The position numbers and the translations under genes are program-made. DNA of 60,969 nucleotides, filler included, from Hausera hauseri (taxonomy: Eukaryota): the NCBI GenBank assembly GCA_046269625.1. It is 11 parts of 11 records of this genome, joined end to end, with 100 filler letters (N's around TTAATTAATTAA, not from the genome) between each part and the next. Parts side by side here need not be neighbours in the genome. Positions count along the whole stretch, not along the records: positions 10,470 to 17,787 come from JBJURY010022675.1; positions 17,888 to 24,568 come from JBJURY010075882.1; 9 more parts are not named here. One strand, written 5' to 3'. Shown here piece after piece: positions 13,406 to 24,668 of this stretch (within the stretch, counting starts at the first letter, position 1; each line of letters opens with the position of its first letter). The notes beneath the pieces were generated by a model that made no database searches, was not told where the DNA came from, and was given only the letters and a program-made list of their open reading frames with translations.

Positions 13406-16400
13406 TATGAAGAAAGTAAATGGAAAACAGATGTGGAACGGCATGTTGGCTATCATAATCGAAAATGAAAAAGGAGACACATTTAATTACAAACATAAAT
13501 TTACAAATGCCAAAACACGGAGAAATAACTCCGATGATGACGTGCCTAAGGGAGGAGACGCCGTCTCAAAAACACAGGCACAAAAATCAATGTTATAAAA
13601 CCACCATTACCAATATTGCTGCCAACTGCACCCATATACGAAGACTGTGAGAAACAATCTACGAGCTCATATCAAACAGATATCTATCGAAAACCGTTCA
13701 ACCTTGAGGATCGTTATGAAGGAACAAAGCACTGTAGTATATTACGTAAGGTTCACGAAACGAAAAGGACGCCTGCTCCATATTGTCGCTTAGCAGTCGA
13801 CGACCAAGGCATAATTTATTCATCTAGAGTACCCAGACCAAAGGAAATACGATCAACCTTCTCAAGACATCATGAAGAGCAGAATAGCCAAAACCAAGAA
13901 ATACAGCGGCCAGTTAGAAGTCAAGAAACGGGAAGTGTGAATGACAAGAAAAATGAATTACACCCAATTGGAGAGTTAAGGCAACTAATCGATTAGCCGG
14001 TTAAAACCACTGAAGTTACCATCAACGGCTACAAGGTGTCAACTATACGACACCCAAAGATAGCACCAAATTACTATGGTACGATAATCGAAAGTAGGCC
14101 TTTTTCAAAAATTCAGTTGGAAGATTGAGGTCTGTGCATTGATAGACACAGGATCCGAGATATTCCTGATAAAGTATGATTCAATACCGCAGCTCGTACG
14201 GAAGCAATTATACCCACCTCCAACAGCAGACCCAGGAAGCGTCGGAGCTTTCGGATAATCGTCGAAAAGTAAATTCCGATGGAAACCAGAAATACGGATA
14301 ATGGGACAATCTTTTCATCACGAATTTTCAGTAATGGAGTATTTAACGGATGACGTAGTATTAGGATGCGATTTATTAAGACAATTACATAACATAGCTA
14401 TAGATTTCCATGCCGGAAAGTTGATAGAAAGAGGTCCGATAAAAGGAGTCAAAACTACTAAAGATAGGTAATTTGGAGAGGTTTGGATACAAGCAGACGA
14501 GAACATTCCACCCAGAACCGAAATATTAATATATGCTCAGATACGTCAAGGTGATGATAAACCAGTGTATTTTGAACTAAGAGAATCGTTAAATCCAAGC
14601 ATTGTGCTCAGTAACGTATTAACAAGAGTATCGACGGGCCGTGTACCCATTAGAATAACTAATAACGCACCAATTCCGATTAGATTATAGGCTAACACAA
14701 ATTTGGGGCACACTTATAGACTGTCATCAATAAAGATTGAAGAAAAACCTTACAAATGTGCCGAATTTCCACCTCACGTAAAAACTAAATTTTTGCCCGA
14801 GTCACACTGCCGATTTTACGAATTACTTTGCCATTATAGCTCAGTTATCGCTAAAGTCTAAGAGGACATTGGCAGAGCCAAAGCCTCGAGGCTAACAATT
14901 CCGCTTAAGAAAAAGCCTGGCTACAATGAGGAATTAGATTTAACAGATCAAAAGATGCCGAAATGGTATCCTCCTCCACACTCGTTAAGACCGGAGATAA
15001 CAAAAGAATTATAACGAATGTTAAAGGCCGACATAATTAGACCGAGCTACTGATCGTGTTACTCCTCTATACCCATGGTTATGAAGAAAGGTACTACGAG
15101 GCACCGATTTTGTATTGATTATCGAGCGTTAAACCCACTTATGATGAAAGATTCATTTCCAGTACCATCGGTAAAAGAAGCCCTAGATAGGCTTTCCGGA
15201 GCAAAATGGTTCACCAAATTTGATCTACAATCTGGATATTGGCAAAGAGAAATAGAGGAAGAAGACCGCTATAAAACGGCGTTCAAAACGCACGACGGTG
15301 TGTACGAATTCAACGTCATGCCATTCGGAATAACTACGGGACCAGCTATTTTTATCCGAATAATGAATAAGATGTTAATAGGAGTTGAACACGTGTTCGC
15401 ATATCTGGACATTGAGAACACGCTCATTCGGATAGAACAAGCCGGATTGAAATTGAATCTCAAGAAATGTAAATGGACTCAAAACGCTGTGTCTTATCTC
15501 GGACATGTAGTTGGAGAAGGAGGATCAAAATCGAATAAATCACTGTTGAGTAAGATATCAGATTGTATGGAACCTCAAAATTCGAAAGAGTTAAGACATT
15601 GGTTAGGCTTGTGCGGATATTACGCCACTTATGTACCGAACAATTCAAAAATAAATGCACCCTTGTATCGTTTACTTAAAAATGGATTAAATGGAAATGG
15701 ACTGATGTTGAACAGAAGGCTTTCAACGAAATGAAGAAAATCTTAACTAGCGAACCCGTTTTAAGATATCTTGATTTTAACCTACCGTTCATAATTAAAA
15801 CGGTTGCAAACAAAGAAGGCATTGGGTACGAGTTAGCTCAAAAACGAGAAGATGAAAATTGGAACATCCGATCGCCTACGGAGGACGATCACTAAAGAAA
15901 GCTGAGAAGAATTATACTGTTACGGAATTAGAAACGTTAGCTTTAAAAGAAGCTCTTCGACACTTTAACGTATACGTCTACGGACAAAAGATTATAATTG
16001 TTACAAATCATAAAGCGGTTACAACCTTGAAAAGCAGAGCTAATAATCCGACGTGTAGACTCAACAGATGGATCGAAGAGATTTCACGATATAATTTGAA
16101 TTTCAGTACAAACCCGGAAGCAAACATGTCGATGCCGATGCATTATCAAGACTCAAAACCAAAACAAGCGCGATTACTGTAATGGGAAAAGCTCAACTCG
16201 AAGAATTAGCGGATAGACAATAGGTTCTAACAATGGATAAAGCAATTAAAATTTCTACCCTACAAAAGAAGGACAAAATTATACAACAAATCAGCAAATT
16301 TGTCGGAAACAATATAACGCCAAAGGGTCACCAACTACGAAATCATTGCAAAGACATGGTCATAAATACTGCGCAACAAGAGACACGAACCGCGGAAACG

Positions 16401-17892
16401 TATTGTATTATGAACGGAAAGGACGAAAATTAGTAGTCATACAAAAAGGACTACGTACAGAAGTACTAATGGCCGAATACGACTCTTACTTAGCCGGACA
16501 CGTCATGGAAGAAGACATTAGAAAGAATATTAAATAAGTAATATTGGCCGAGCGTTTACATCGACGTAAAGAATTAGGCGAATGCTGGCGAGGCATGCGA
16601 AACCAAACAGAAAAAAGTGAAGAACTACATCGCCAAACTTAAACCGATAAACGTGCCGGACAGACAAATGCAAACAATGTCCATGGATATTGTAAGACCG
16701 TTACCTATAACTCACAAAAATAATAAGTATATTCTAACATGTGCAGATCGATTAACTCATTTTGTCGAATTTATAGCATTAATGGTCCAGAAGGCCGAAA
16801 CTCTGGCAGAAGCCGTAGTAAGAAAAATTATCTGTAAATACGAACCTCCTGAACAAATTTTGACAGACCTAGGAAGAAACTTTACAAGTGAACTCTGAGA
16901 AAATTACCAAAATATTCGAGATTGAACGATTAATCACAACGGCTTACCATCCGCAATGCAACGGATTGGTTGAACTAATGAATGCAACAATTATACGGAT
17001 TTTATCCATCGTGGTTGCGAAGGACCAGAAAGAATGGGACAAATTTTTATAGGGCAAACAGTTTGCCATAAACATTACACCAGATCCTGCAACAGGATTT
17101 ACTCCACTTTTATGATGTACGGCAGAGAAGCTGTATTACCCACAGATTTAGGAATGATACCATATACAGTGAAAACGAAAGAGTTAGAGCGGAACTTTGT
17201 TGAAGTATTACAGATAAGACTACACAAGTGTTGGGAAATAGCTAAAGAATTATCCAAAGAATATCAAGAATAATTCAAAAAGCAAAACAACAAGAAGGCC
17301 AAACCACACGATCTAAAACAAGGGACTTGGGTATATGTGCACTATCCAGTAGCGAAGAAAGTACATCTTTGAAACTTACCCGAACAGGAGGAGGACCATA
17401 CGAAGTTATCAGAACCACGCCAACTACAGTTTATGTTAATAGAAATGGCAAGAAAGAAGTCGTATCAATATAAAGAGTGGCTAGAACGGAAATAAGGCGA
17501 ACAAACGCTATAATCTGCGTTCGGACATAGAGAATCCGAGACTACCCAAGCAAGAAAAGAAAACGTCATCGATAGCCACAAGACCAATGTCATATGTACA
17601 AATAGTTCTTGCGTTGTCATTAATCACCTCGTATATGCCAAACGTAAGATCAATAACCCTGACCGAGAAACGGCAATATGCAGAAAGACGTAAGGATATG
17701 CAAAACTTGCAGCCACTTAGAGTAAACGATATGGATTGGAGCAAACCCTGTGCCTGGTTCAAGGCAAGCGAATTGGTTGAAAACAACNNNNNNNNNNNNN
17801 NNNNNNNNNNNNNNNNNNNNNNNNNNNNNNNTTAATTAATTAANNNNNNNNNNNNNNNNNNNNNNNNNNNNNNNNNNNNNNNNNNNNTCTTG

Positions 17893-17910
17893 AGAAACGA
17901 AAGGGAGGAA
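17893..17910 (+). promoter_or_regulatory. Polypurine tract directly before the LTR
   Basis: AGAAACGAAAGGGAGGAA followed directly by TGTTAATG (TG LTR start). Confidence 0.65.
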
Positions 17911-18410
17911 TGTTAATGTATTTTTATTTGTTACCCTGTATTCAAGAAATCTGTATTACTCTGTACTTTGATGTTTTATCTTTTTTATTCTGTTAAACGA
18001 ATATATTACAAAGCTGACCGGTTCATGACCCGATGCACTCTGCAAAGGTGTTAATTAGCTTGCATGCGCTCCACTGAGCATTAATTAGCTTGTATGCACT
18101 TCACTGAGCATCAGGAAACATCTGTGCCGGAACCAGAACCACCTCCATAATTAACTCTGCAAGATGCAAAGAAGTGATCACTCAAGTGTCAACTGAAATG
18201 TAAAACTTTGAATATTCCCACACCAGTGCCTGTGTTAGTTCTGTATAAAAGATGTGAAACTGTCCGTGTACTTTAGACCGTCTTCTCCTGCCTTCAGGAA
18301 CAGGTCTCCTTTTGCAAAAGCTCATTAAATCAATCGTTTACTTTAACTGAATGGACTCTATCGTTTATTTAAATGTTTAATACGTTTTAAAGGTTCTTAA
18401 ACTTCGAAAA
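17911..18410 (+). repeat. Retroviral LTR, ~500 bp
   Basis: Starts with TG after the PPT. 30-bp direct repeat x2 at 18051-18110, TATAAAA at ~18244, ATTAAA at ~18324, abuts the PBS. No clean terminal CA seen. Confidence 0.7.
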
Positions 18411-18411
18411 T

Positions 18412-18430
18412 TGGCGTCACGGAACAGGAT
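18412..18430 (+). promoter_or_regulatory. Primer binding site, tRNA-Ser(CGA)-like
   Basis: TGGCGTCACGGAACAGGAT is complementary to a vertebrate tRNA-Ser 3' end (...ATCCTGTTCGTGACGCCA) with one extra G. tRNA identity is from memory. Confidence 0.7.
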
Positions 18431-18894
18431 CCCTGAAAGTCCGTCCAATCCGGTGGAAAATCTTGACGTTGGCTGATCACCGGGGTTTTAGGTCCCCCTC
18501 CAAACCTCCGGAGTCATCTTAGGAGTGGGAGGACGTCCTGATTACCACGGAAAGGATCAACTTCACTTGGATCGAACAAAACTAAAACGTATGTAAACCT
18601 GTCCATTCATTTCGTGTTTTATTTTCAATTTTAAAATTCTTTATTGTCGGACCCGAACAGAAAACGTATGCCGTTTTTACTTTCACTTTCAACTTTTGTA
18701 AATTCTGACCGAACGAAACAGAATTGAGAAATAAAAATATTACCATTAATATTGTCGGGAGTTAGATAAAGTACGACAAAGGGGAAAAAACGTAAATCGA
18801 AGAATAAAATTTGCGCGTTCGCGCGTCGGGGACTTTTTTTTTCTTTATATACTGATGCCGAAGATGGGTTCGTAATTCGGGGAGAAACTGTAAA

Positions 18895-19255
18895 CGGAGT
18901 GTAAGTTCATTTAAACTAAAGAACTGAGAGTAAACTTGTCTAAACAACATAGTTGAGAGTAAGTTAGTAAAATAACTGAGTGTAAGTTCACCTGAGAGGC
19001 AGGGAGCTGAGTGTAGGGTTATAAAAGAAAACCTGAGGGTAAATTCACCTAAAAAAGGGAATTGAGTGTAGGCTGAGAGTAAGTTAACAGAATAACTGAG
19101 AGTAAGTTAATAAAATAACTGAGGGTAAGTTCACCTGAGGCAGGGAGCTGAGTGTAGACTTAATTGAAGAAAAGTCGAGGGTAAATTCACCTGAAAAAGG
19201 GAATTGAGTGTAAGCCGAGTGTAGATTCACCTGAATAAAAAGGGAATTGAGTAAA
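18895..19255 (+). repeat. Degenerate tandem repeat array in the ERV 5' leader
   Basis: Repeated CTGAG(T/G/A)GTAAGTTCACCTGA-like units, including duplicated GGCAGGGAGCTGAGTGTAG and AAAAGGGAATTGAGT blocks. Confidence 0.8.
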
Positions 19256-19298
19256 ATAAAGAGGAATAAAAAACAGTTTCTAAAATAAATTAACAACA

Positions 19299-21269
19299 AT
19301 GGGGGGTAAAAATAGTATACCAATGTATATTCCGGTCGGACAGATCGCGGACAAAATGAAAAGATTATACGGTGAATCGTCCATCAGTCTTGTGTCCCAG
19401 TGGCATTACAGATTTGGCTTCCCAGAACACGGATCATTGGATCCAGATGACATTTTAAACTTAGAAATTCAGTTACTTAAACAGAAACAAAGTATGATGA
19501 ATCAAACACGAATACCACAAGGACAAATTGTAACGATGAACAAACATGAAGAAATATTTAAAAAGTGGAAAACCGAGTCACACAAAGAGTCAAATAAAAT
19601 AGATTCTAAAATTATACAAATGACCCAGAAACTGGAGCAATTAACTGCACAAACTGAGAAGGTATGTAACAAAACCAAACAACCTAAAACAAATAAAACT
19701 GAACAACAGGACATGTCTTCATGTGTTTCTGTGTCTTCTGTTTTTCCTGCATGTACACCGGAGTCTCGAGGTCCCATTCATCCATCTGCTCCCCCCACCA
19801 GTTCACTGTACCCTTCGCTCACAATGCTGAATCCTCCTCCTTACTGTCAACCAAAGCCCTGGACAGTATCTGACGACGATGCATATCTATTTCCACCACC
19901 CCCATCCCCATTGCCAGAAATTAAATCAGAACTTGTACACCCTTTTATTCCAGAAACTGGGTCTGCATCGGCTGATGCTGTTCGCTCTTCAGAGAGATTG
20001 GAAAAAATGAAGAAGGCCAAAGAATTAGCCGAAGAAATTAAACACAAAGAACTACTTCTGGCACAACAGGGGTCAGGTGAGCACGACCAGAACTTTGCCC
20101 CCTCCACTCCTACACCCTCTGCCTCCTCATTTATTTCCTCAGGGGATACGTCCATAATGAGCATGCCGATGATGGAAGTGGCAGGACCCCAGGGCACCCA
20201 GCTTGTGTATCGAACCTGGACACACGCAGATCTGAAGGATCTGGCCAAGGCGCATCTACCAGACCTGGCAGCAGGAGGAAATGAGATGAGTAAACAACTT
20301 CGCACACTCATCCAGACTTTACGCCCCACACTCTCAGAACTTAAACTGATGTTATCCAGTGTGTATGGAATAACTTTCATAGCACAACTAGGATCAGAGT
20401 TTTTTGACACACCTGCTGCACAACGCCTCACACACGTTGACTACATGCACCAAGAGAATGCAAGATTCAGAGACGCGGTTGACCGCCTTTGTCAACGCAT
20501 CAGAGAGGTTTTTCCAGCTCGCCCCACCTACAGCAAGATTGTAGAAACTACACAGAAACCACAAGAGTCACCTCAAGACTATTTGGAGCGGCTGCTTGAT
20601 GTTTTCAGAGCACATTCTGGTGTCACACTGCCAGGAGCAGACTGGCGTACTGCCCAACCAGCCACAGCTTTTGAAACCATGCTCTGTCAGAGTTTCATGG
20701 CAGGACTGCTCCCTCCAGTGCGCTCTTGGGTTTTAAAGTCCTATGTTGGATGGGAAGATGAACCACGACTGAATGAGCTTCTGCGTCACGCTCGACATGC
20801 TTGGCGCCACACAGCTGCTGAAACCACATCACAAAAGAAAACCAAGGCTGACTCTGGTCCTTTTGCCATGCTGTACACTCCAGCACCACCTCCTCGCCCT
20901 GTTCCAGCCAACACGGTCACACCTCCTTCACCAACTCAGTATGGTCTACCCATACCACCGGCCCAGTCACAAGCTTGCTTTATCTGTGAAGGACTTGACC
21001 ATTGGGCACGAGACTGCCCATTTAAGAAGAAACAGAAGCAGGGTTATGGAGGTCCACGCAGAGGCACTTATCACCCTCCTCGCTACACAGGCCCACCTCA
21101 AGCATATTACCAACCGCCCCCACCTCCACCCCTCCTCGCTCCACTGCCATACCCCCAACCACAGCCCCACTATGCCCCTCCTGCTGGTCCACCCCCACAC
21201 CAGCAGTATGCTCCACCACGACAGGGGCCTCCCAGAGGCAGAGGAGGTCACCGAGGTCATTCCACCTGA
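19299..21269 (+). CDS. gag: Retroviral Gag of a fish-type (gamma/epsilon-related) ERV
   Basis: Intact 656 aa. MG myristoylation start, late domains PSAP, LYPSL and PPPY, capsid QKPQESPQDYLERL, zinc knuckle CFICEGLDHWARDC, Pro-rich tail. Confidence 0.93.
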   Translation: MGGKNSIPMYIPVGQIADKMKRLYGESSISLVSQWHYRFGFPEHGSLDPDDILNLEIQLLKQKQSMMNQTRIPQGQIVTMNKHEEIFKKWKTESHKESNKIDSKIIQMTQKLEQLTAQTEKVCNKTKQPKTNKTEQQDMSSCVSVSSVFPACTPESRGPIHPSAPPTSSLYPSLTMLNPPPYCQPKPWTVSDDDAYLFPPPPSPLPEIKSELVHPFIPETGSASADAVRSSERLEKMKKAKELAEEIKHKELLLAQQGSGEHDQNFAPSTPTPSASSFISSGDTSIMSMPMMEVAGPQGTQLVYRTWTHADLKDLAKAHLPDLAAGGNEMSKQLRTLIQTLRPTLSELKLMLSSVYGITFIAQLGSEFFDTPAAQRLTHVDYMHQENARFRDAVDRLCQRIREVFPARPTYSKIVETTQKPQESPQDYLERLLDVFRAHSGVTLPGADWRTAQPATAFETMLCQSFMAGLLPPVRSWVLKSYVGWEDEPRLNELLRHARHAWRHTAAETTSQKKTKADSGPFAMLYTPAPPPRPVPANTVTPPSPTQYGLPIPPAQSQACFICEGLDHWARDCPFKKKQKQGYGGPRRGTYHPPRYTGPPQAYYQPPPPPPLLAPLPYPQPQPHYAPPAGPPPHQQYAPPRQGPPRGRGGHRGHST

Positions 21270-22247
21270 CTAAGCGGGGAGATGGATGAGAATGGGTCTC
21301 GAGGTCAACTCCCAGGTGTACACACACTGACACCTCCTGACACACTCATACCGCCTACACACACGTATTTTAAATATACTCAAACAGCATACAGGAAGCT
21401 ACCCATGCTGAAAGTCACAGTCGAGGGAGTCACACTAGACTTCCTCGTGGACTCTGGAGCAACACAGTCTCTGATACAGTATGCCAGCCTTCCAGATGCC
21501 CCTTCTAGTGGACAGACTGTCTGCTCTACAGGCGCATCTGGAACAACTGTCATAGAATGTGTCACTGTCCCTTTAATGCTTAATGATCCTTTCAGTAATG
21601 ACACTCTGCAGCACCAGTTTTTGCATTCCAAACTGTGTCCTGTTAATCTTTTAGCACGTGATCTGATCCTGAAACTGAATCTGACCATTTCATGTTCACC
21701 TGATGGACTTGTGGTCTCAAGGCATGTGGACACCATGTTTTCTGAAGGCCCAAATGTCCTTTACGTGTATGAATGGTTATTGACTGACCAAAATGTTAAC
21801 AAATATTTTCTCCAACAGGCAGTACAAAGGGTGTCACCTGCCCACACCGCCATGTTTCCTGAGAGGCTCCACTGCACAGCACACGTGGCCCCTGACACAA
21901 CTGATGATTTAGGCAGTTGGTTTATGCAAACAACACCCACTGGACTGCAGATTACAGATATTTGTTGGACTAACACCTGTTCTTTCCTTCTTGTAGAACT
22001 AACCACTGAACAACACGAAGCCTTTACTGTTGAAGGCTCATTCCCTCATGTTTCTCTGACGCGTTTACCAGATGTCCAGTGGTCGCACCTAGGCACATCA
22101 GCATGGTCAGCCAGAACAACGTCAGACTGGCAACAGGTTTTTCCAAGTTGTTACTTCTCACCTTCTCTCTCCATGCACAGACAATCTTTGCATTTTCTCA
22201 CTCCCACCACACCACATCTTGAAGTGATCTCCAACACTCCTTTTTGA
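21270..22247 (+). CDS. pro: Retroviral protease plus 2H-phosphoesterase-like domain, in frame with gag
   Basis: FLVDSGA...NLLARDLI protease, then HCT (21870-21878) and HVS (22047-22055) 2H motifs. Same frame as gag across TGA-CTA. Confidence 0.85.
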   Translation, partial: LSGEMDENGSRGQLPGVHTLTPPDTLIPPTHTYFKYTQTAYRKLPMLKVTVEGVTLDFLVDSGATQSLIQYASLPDAPSSGQTVCSTGASGTTVIECVTVPLMLNDPFSNDTLQHQFLHSKLCPVNLLARDLILKLNLTISCSPDGLVVSRHVDTMFSEGPNVLYVYEWLLTDQNVNKYFLQQAVQRVSPAHTAMFPERLHCTAHVAPDTTDDLGSWFMQTTPTGLQITDICWTNTCSFLLVELTTEQHEAFTVEGSFPHVSLTRLPDVQWSHLGTSAWSARTTSDWQQVFPSCYFSPSLSMHRQSLHFLTPTTPHLEVISNTPF

Positions 22248-24568
22248 CAGCCACTGACACTGTTAGCTTTAGACGATCCTCGTCTATCAACAGTTCCTAC
22301 AACACTCTGGGCTAAAACAAAATACGATGTCGGCTTAATTAAGACTCAGGCTCCCATCCACATCACACCCAAGTCATCTTATCGTCCAAAAATAGCACAG
22401 TACCCCCTGAAACAGGAAGCAGTGGATGGTATCACACCAGTTTTTCATTCTTTGTTGAAAGCAGGTGTGATTATTCCCTGTCCCACTTCCCCTGTTAGAA
22501 CTCCAATCTTTCCTGTTAAAAAGATTCGCCCCACACCTCCTGATGAATGGCGTTTTGTCCAAGATCTGAGAGCTGTAAACTCAGCTGTCCAAGCCAGAGC
22601 TCCCATTGTTCCAAATCCTTATGTCATCCTGTCACAAATCCCAGCAGGATCTACTTATTTCTCAGTCATTGACCTTGCAAATGCATTCTTTTCTGTCCCA
22701 GTTCACAAAGACAGTCAGTTTTGGTTTGCTTTTGAATTTTTAGGCAAGTCTTACACTTTCACACGTCTTTGTCAGGGCTACTGTGAATCTCCAACCATTT
22801 TTCATGCAGCCCTGAACGACAGTTTAGAAGGTTTTTCTTTACCATCTGGTTGTGCATTGTTACAGTATGTTGACGACTTACTCCTGGCTGCGCCAGACCA
22901 AAACATTTGTGAAACACAAACGATCCGCCTCCTGCAGTTTTTAAACCAGGAAGGCCACAAGGCATCTTTGTCTAAGCTACAGTTTGTACTGCCAGAGGTC
23001 ACTTTTCTGGGACACAAAATCACCGCTAATGGTAGGGAACTTGCTAATACTCGCGTTGCAGCCATCGTTTCCTTACCTCTGCCAGTCACCAAAAAACAAC
23101 TAATGTCTTTCTTAGGACTGTGTGGCTATTGCAGGCATTTTATTCCTAACTATGCAGAACTCGAGGGTCCTCTTAGATCTATCTGTCATGAAAAAGGCCT
23201 TCAAATGAGCTCCAAAGTTACCTGGTCTGACTCAGCAGTCTCTGCTTTTGAGACTCTGAAAAAACAACTACAACAAGCTCCTACCCTGGGCATTCCAGAT
23301 CCACAGCGTCCTTTTGTCCAGACCGTGGATGAAAAGGGAGGATGTATGGCTTCGGTCTTGCTTCAAAAACATGGTGACAGGCTTAAACCAGTCGCATATT
23401 TTTCAGCAAAACTGGATCCAGTTGCAGCAGGTTTACCCTTGTGCTTGCGTGCTGTCGCTGCTGCAGAAAAATCAGTATTGGCTAGTAGAGACATTGTGGG
23501 CTACTCTGATTTGACCTTGCTCGTGCCCCACTCTGTCACACACATTCTAAACGAACAAAAGACAGCACATTTGTCCACTGCTCGATGGTTAAGGTATCAC
23601 ACCACATTGTTGGACATGCCAAACATCACTGTCCAGCGCTGCAACATCCTGAATCCAGCCACTCTTCTTCCAGGACCTGATGATGGAACACCACATGACT
23701 GTCTTGCTGAACTTGAAATCTTGTGCACTCCTAGACCTGACCTTTCACAGGAACCTTTAGAAGACCCCGATTGGGAACTTTTTGTTGATGGTTCCTCTTC
23801 ACGTGATCAACTCACAGGTCATGTTAAAAGTGGTTATGCTGTTGTAACCTCTACTGACATCATTGAAGCTTTACCTCTTCCATCTTCTTCTGCACAGGCT
23901 TGTGAACTTGTAGCACTGACTCGTGCTTGTGAACTATCTGAAAACAAATCTGTTAACATCTACACTGACTCCAGATACGCTTTTGGTGTTGTTCATGACT
24001 TTGGAGCACTGTGGAAACACAGACGTTTTCTCCGTTCAGATGGACATCCAATTTTACATCACAGACTTGTGTCTCAACTTCTGGACGCGATCACTCTTCC
24101 ATCTCGCATTGCTGTGATCAAATGCGCAGCTCACACAAGAGGTGCAGACCTTATCTCTAAAGGAAATGACTTTGCTGACACAGCTGCGAAAAGTGCTTCA
24201 CTTTATACCAACGCTGCTGAAAGTGCCTTACTTTATACCACAAGTGATCTTAACACATTTTCCTTACCCACTCTCACTGACAAATCTTCTTCTTTCACAG
24301 TCACAGATTTTCAAAAACACTCCACCTCAGCTGAGAGAGCTGAGTGGAAAAAATTAGGTTCCACGCTCACAAATGGTGTCTGGTATGGTCCTAACAATAA
24401 TCCTTGCCTTCCTAAACATTTCTTTCCTACCTTTGCATGTTTGACACATGGTATTGATCATGTGTCAAAAGGAGGAATGCTAAGAGAAATTAACACACAC
24501 TGGTTTACTGTGAAGTTTTTGAAAACTGCTGAACAATACTGTGACTCATGTCTGATCTGTGCCTCACA
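22248..24568 (+). CDS. pol: Retroviral Pol: RT, connection, RNase H and start of the integrase zinc finger, truncated by the contig end
   Basis: WRFVQDLRAVN, IDLANAFF, LCQG, QYVDDLLL, FVDGS, SAQACEL, YTDSRYA, GNDFAD and H..H..C..C. Open and in frame with pro after one TGA. Confidence 0.95.
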
Positions 24569-24668
24569 NNNNNNNNNNNNNNNNNNNNNNNNNNNNNNNN
24601 NNNNNNNNNNNNTTAATTAATTAANNNNNNNNNNNNNNNNNNNNNNNNNNNNNNNNNNNNNNNNNNNN

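Larger units (their letters stand above)
10470..17787 (+). mobile_element. Gypsy-like retroelement copy B, decayed: Ubl, AT-hook, glycoprotein, PR-RT-RH-IN, start of post-IN domain
   Basis: Colinear with copies A, C, D and E. PR VCALIDTGSEI ~14130-14160, RT 15075-15734, RH 15859-16182, IN 16346-17520. Confidence 0.92.

Noticed and set aside
17587-19299. LTR at 17911 as the 3' LTR of Gypsy copy B
   Set aside because: A linker separates them. The LTR belongs to the retroviral contig, which has different composition
19502-23092. Antisense and alternative-frame ORFs over gag/pol, and similar ones over the Gypsy copies
   Set aside because: No recognisable motifs; expected shadows of coding sequence
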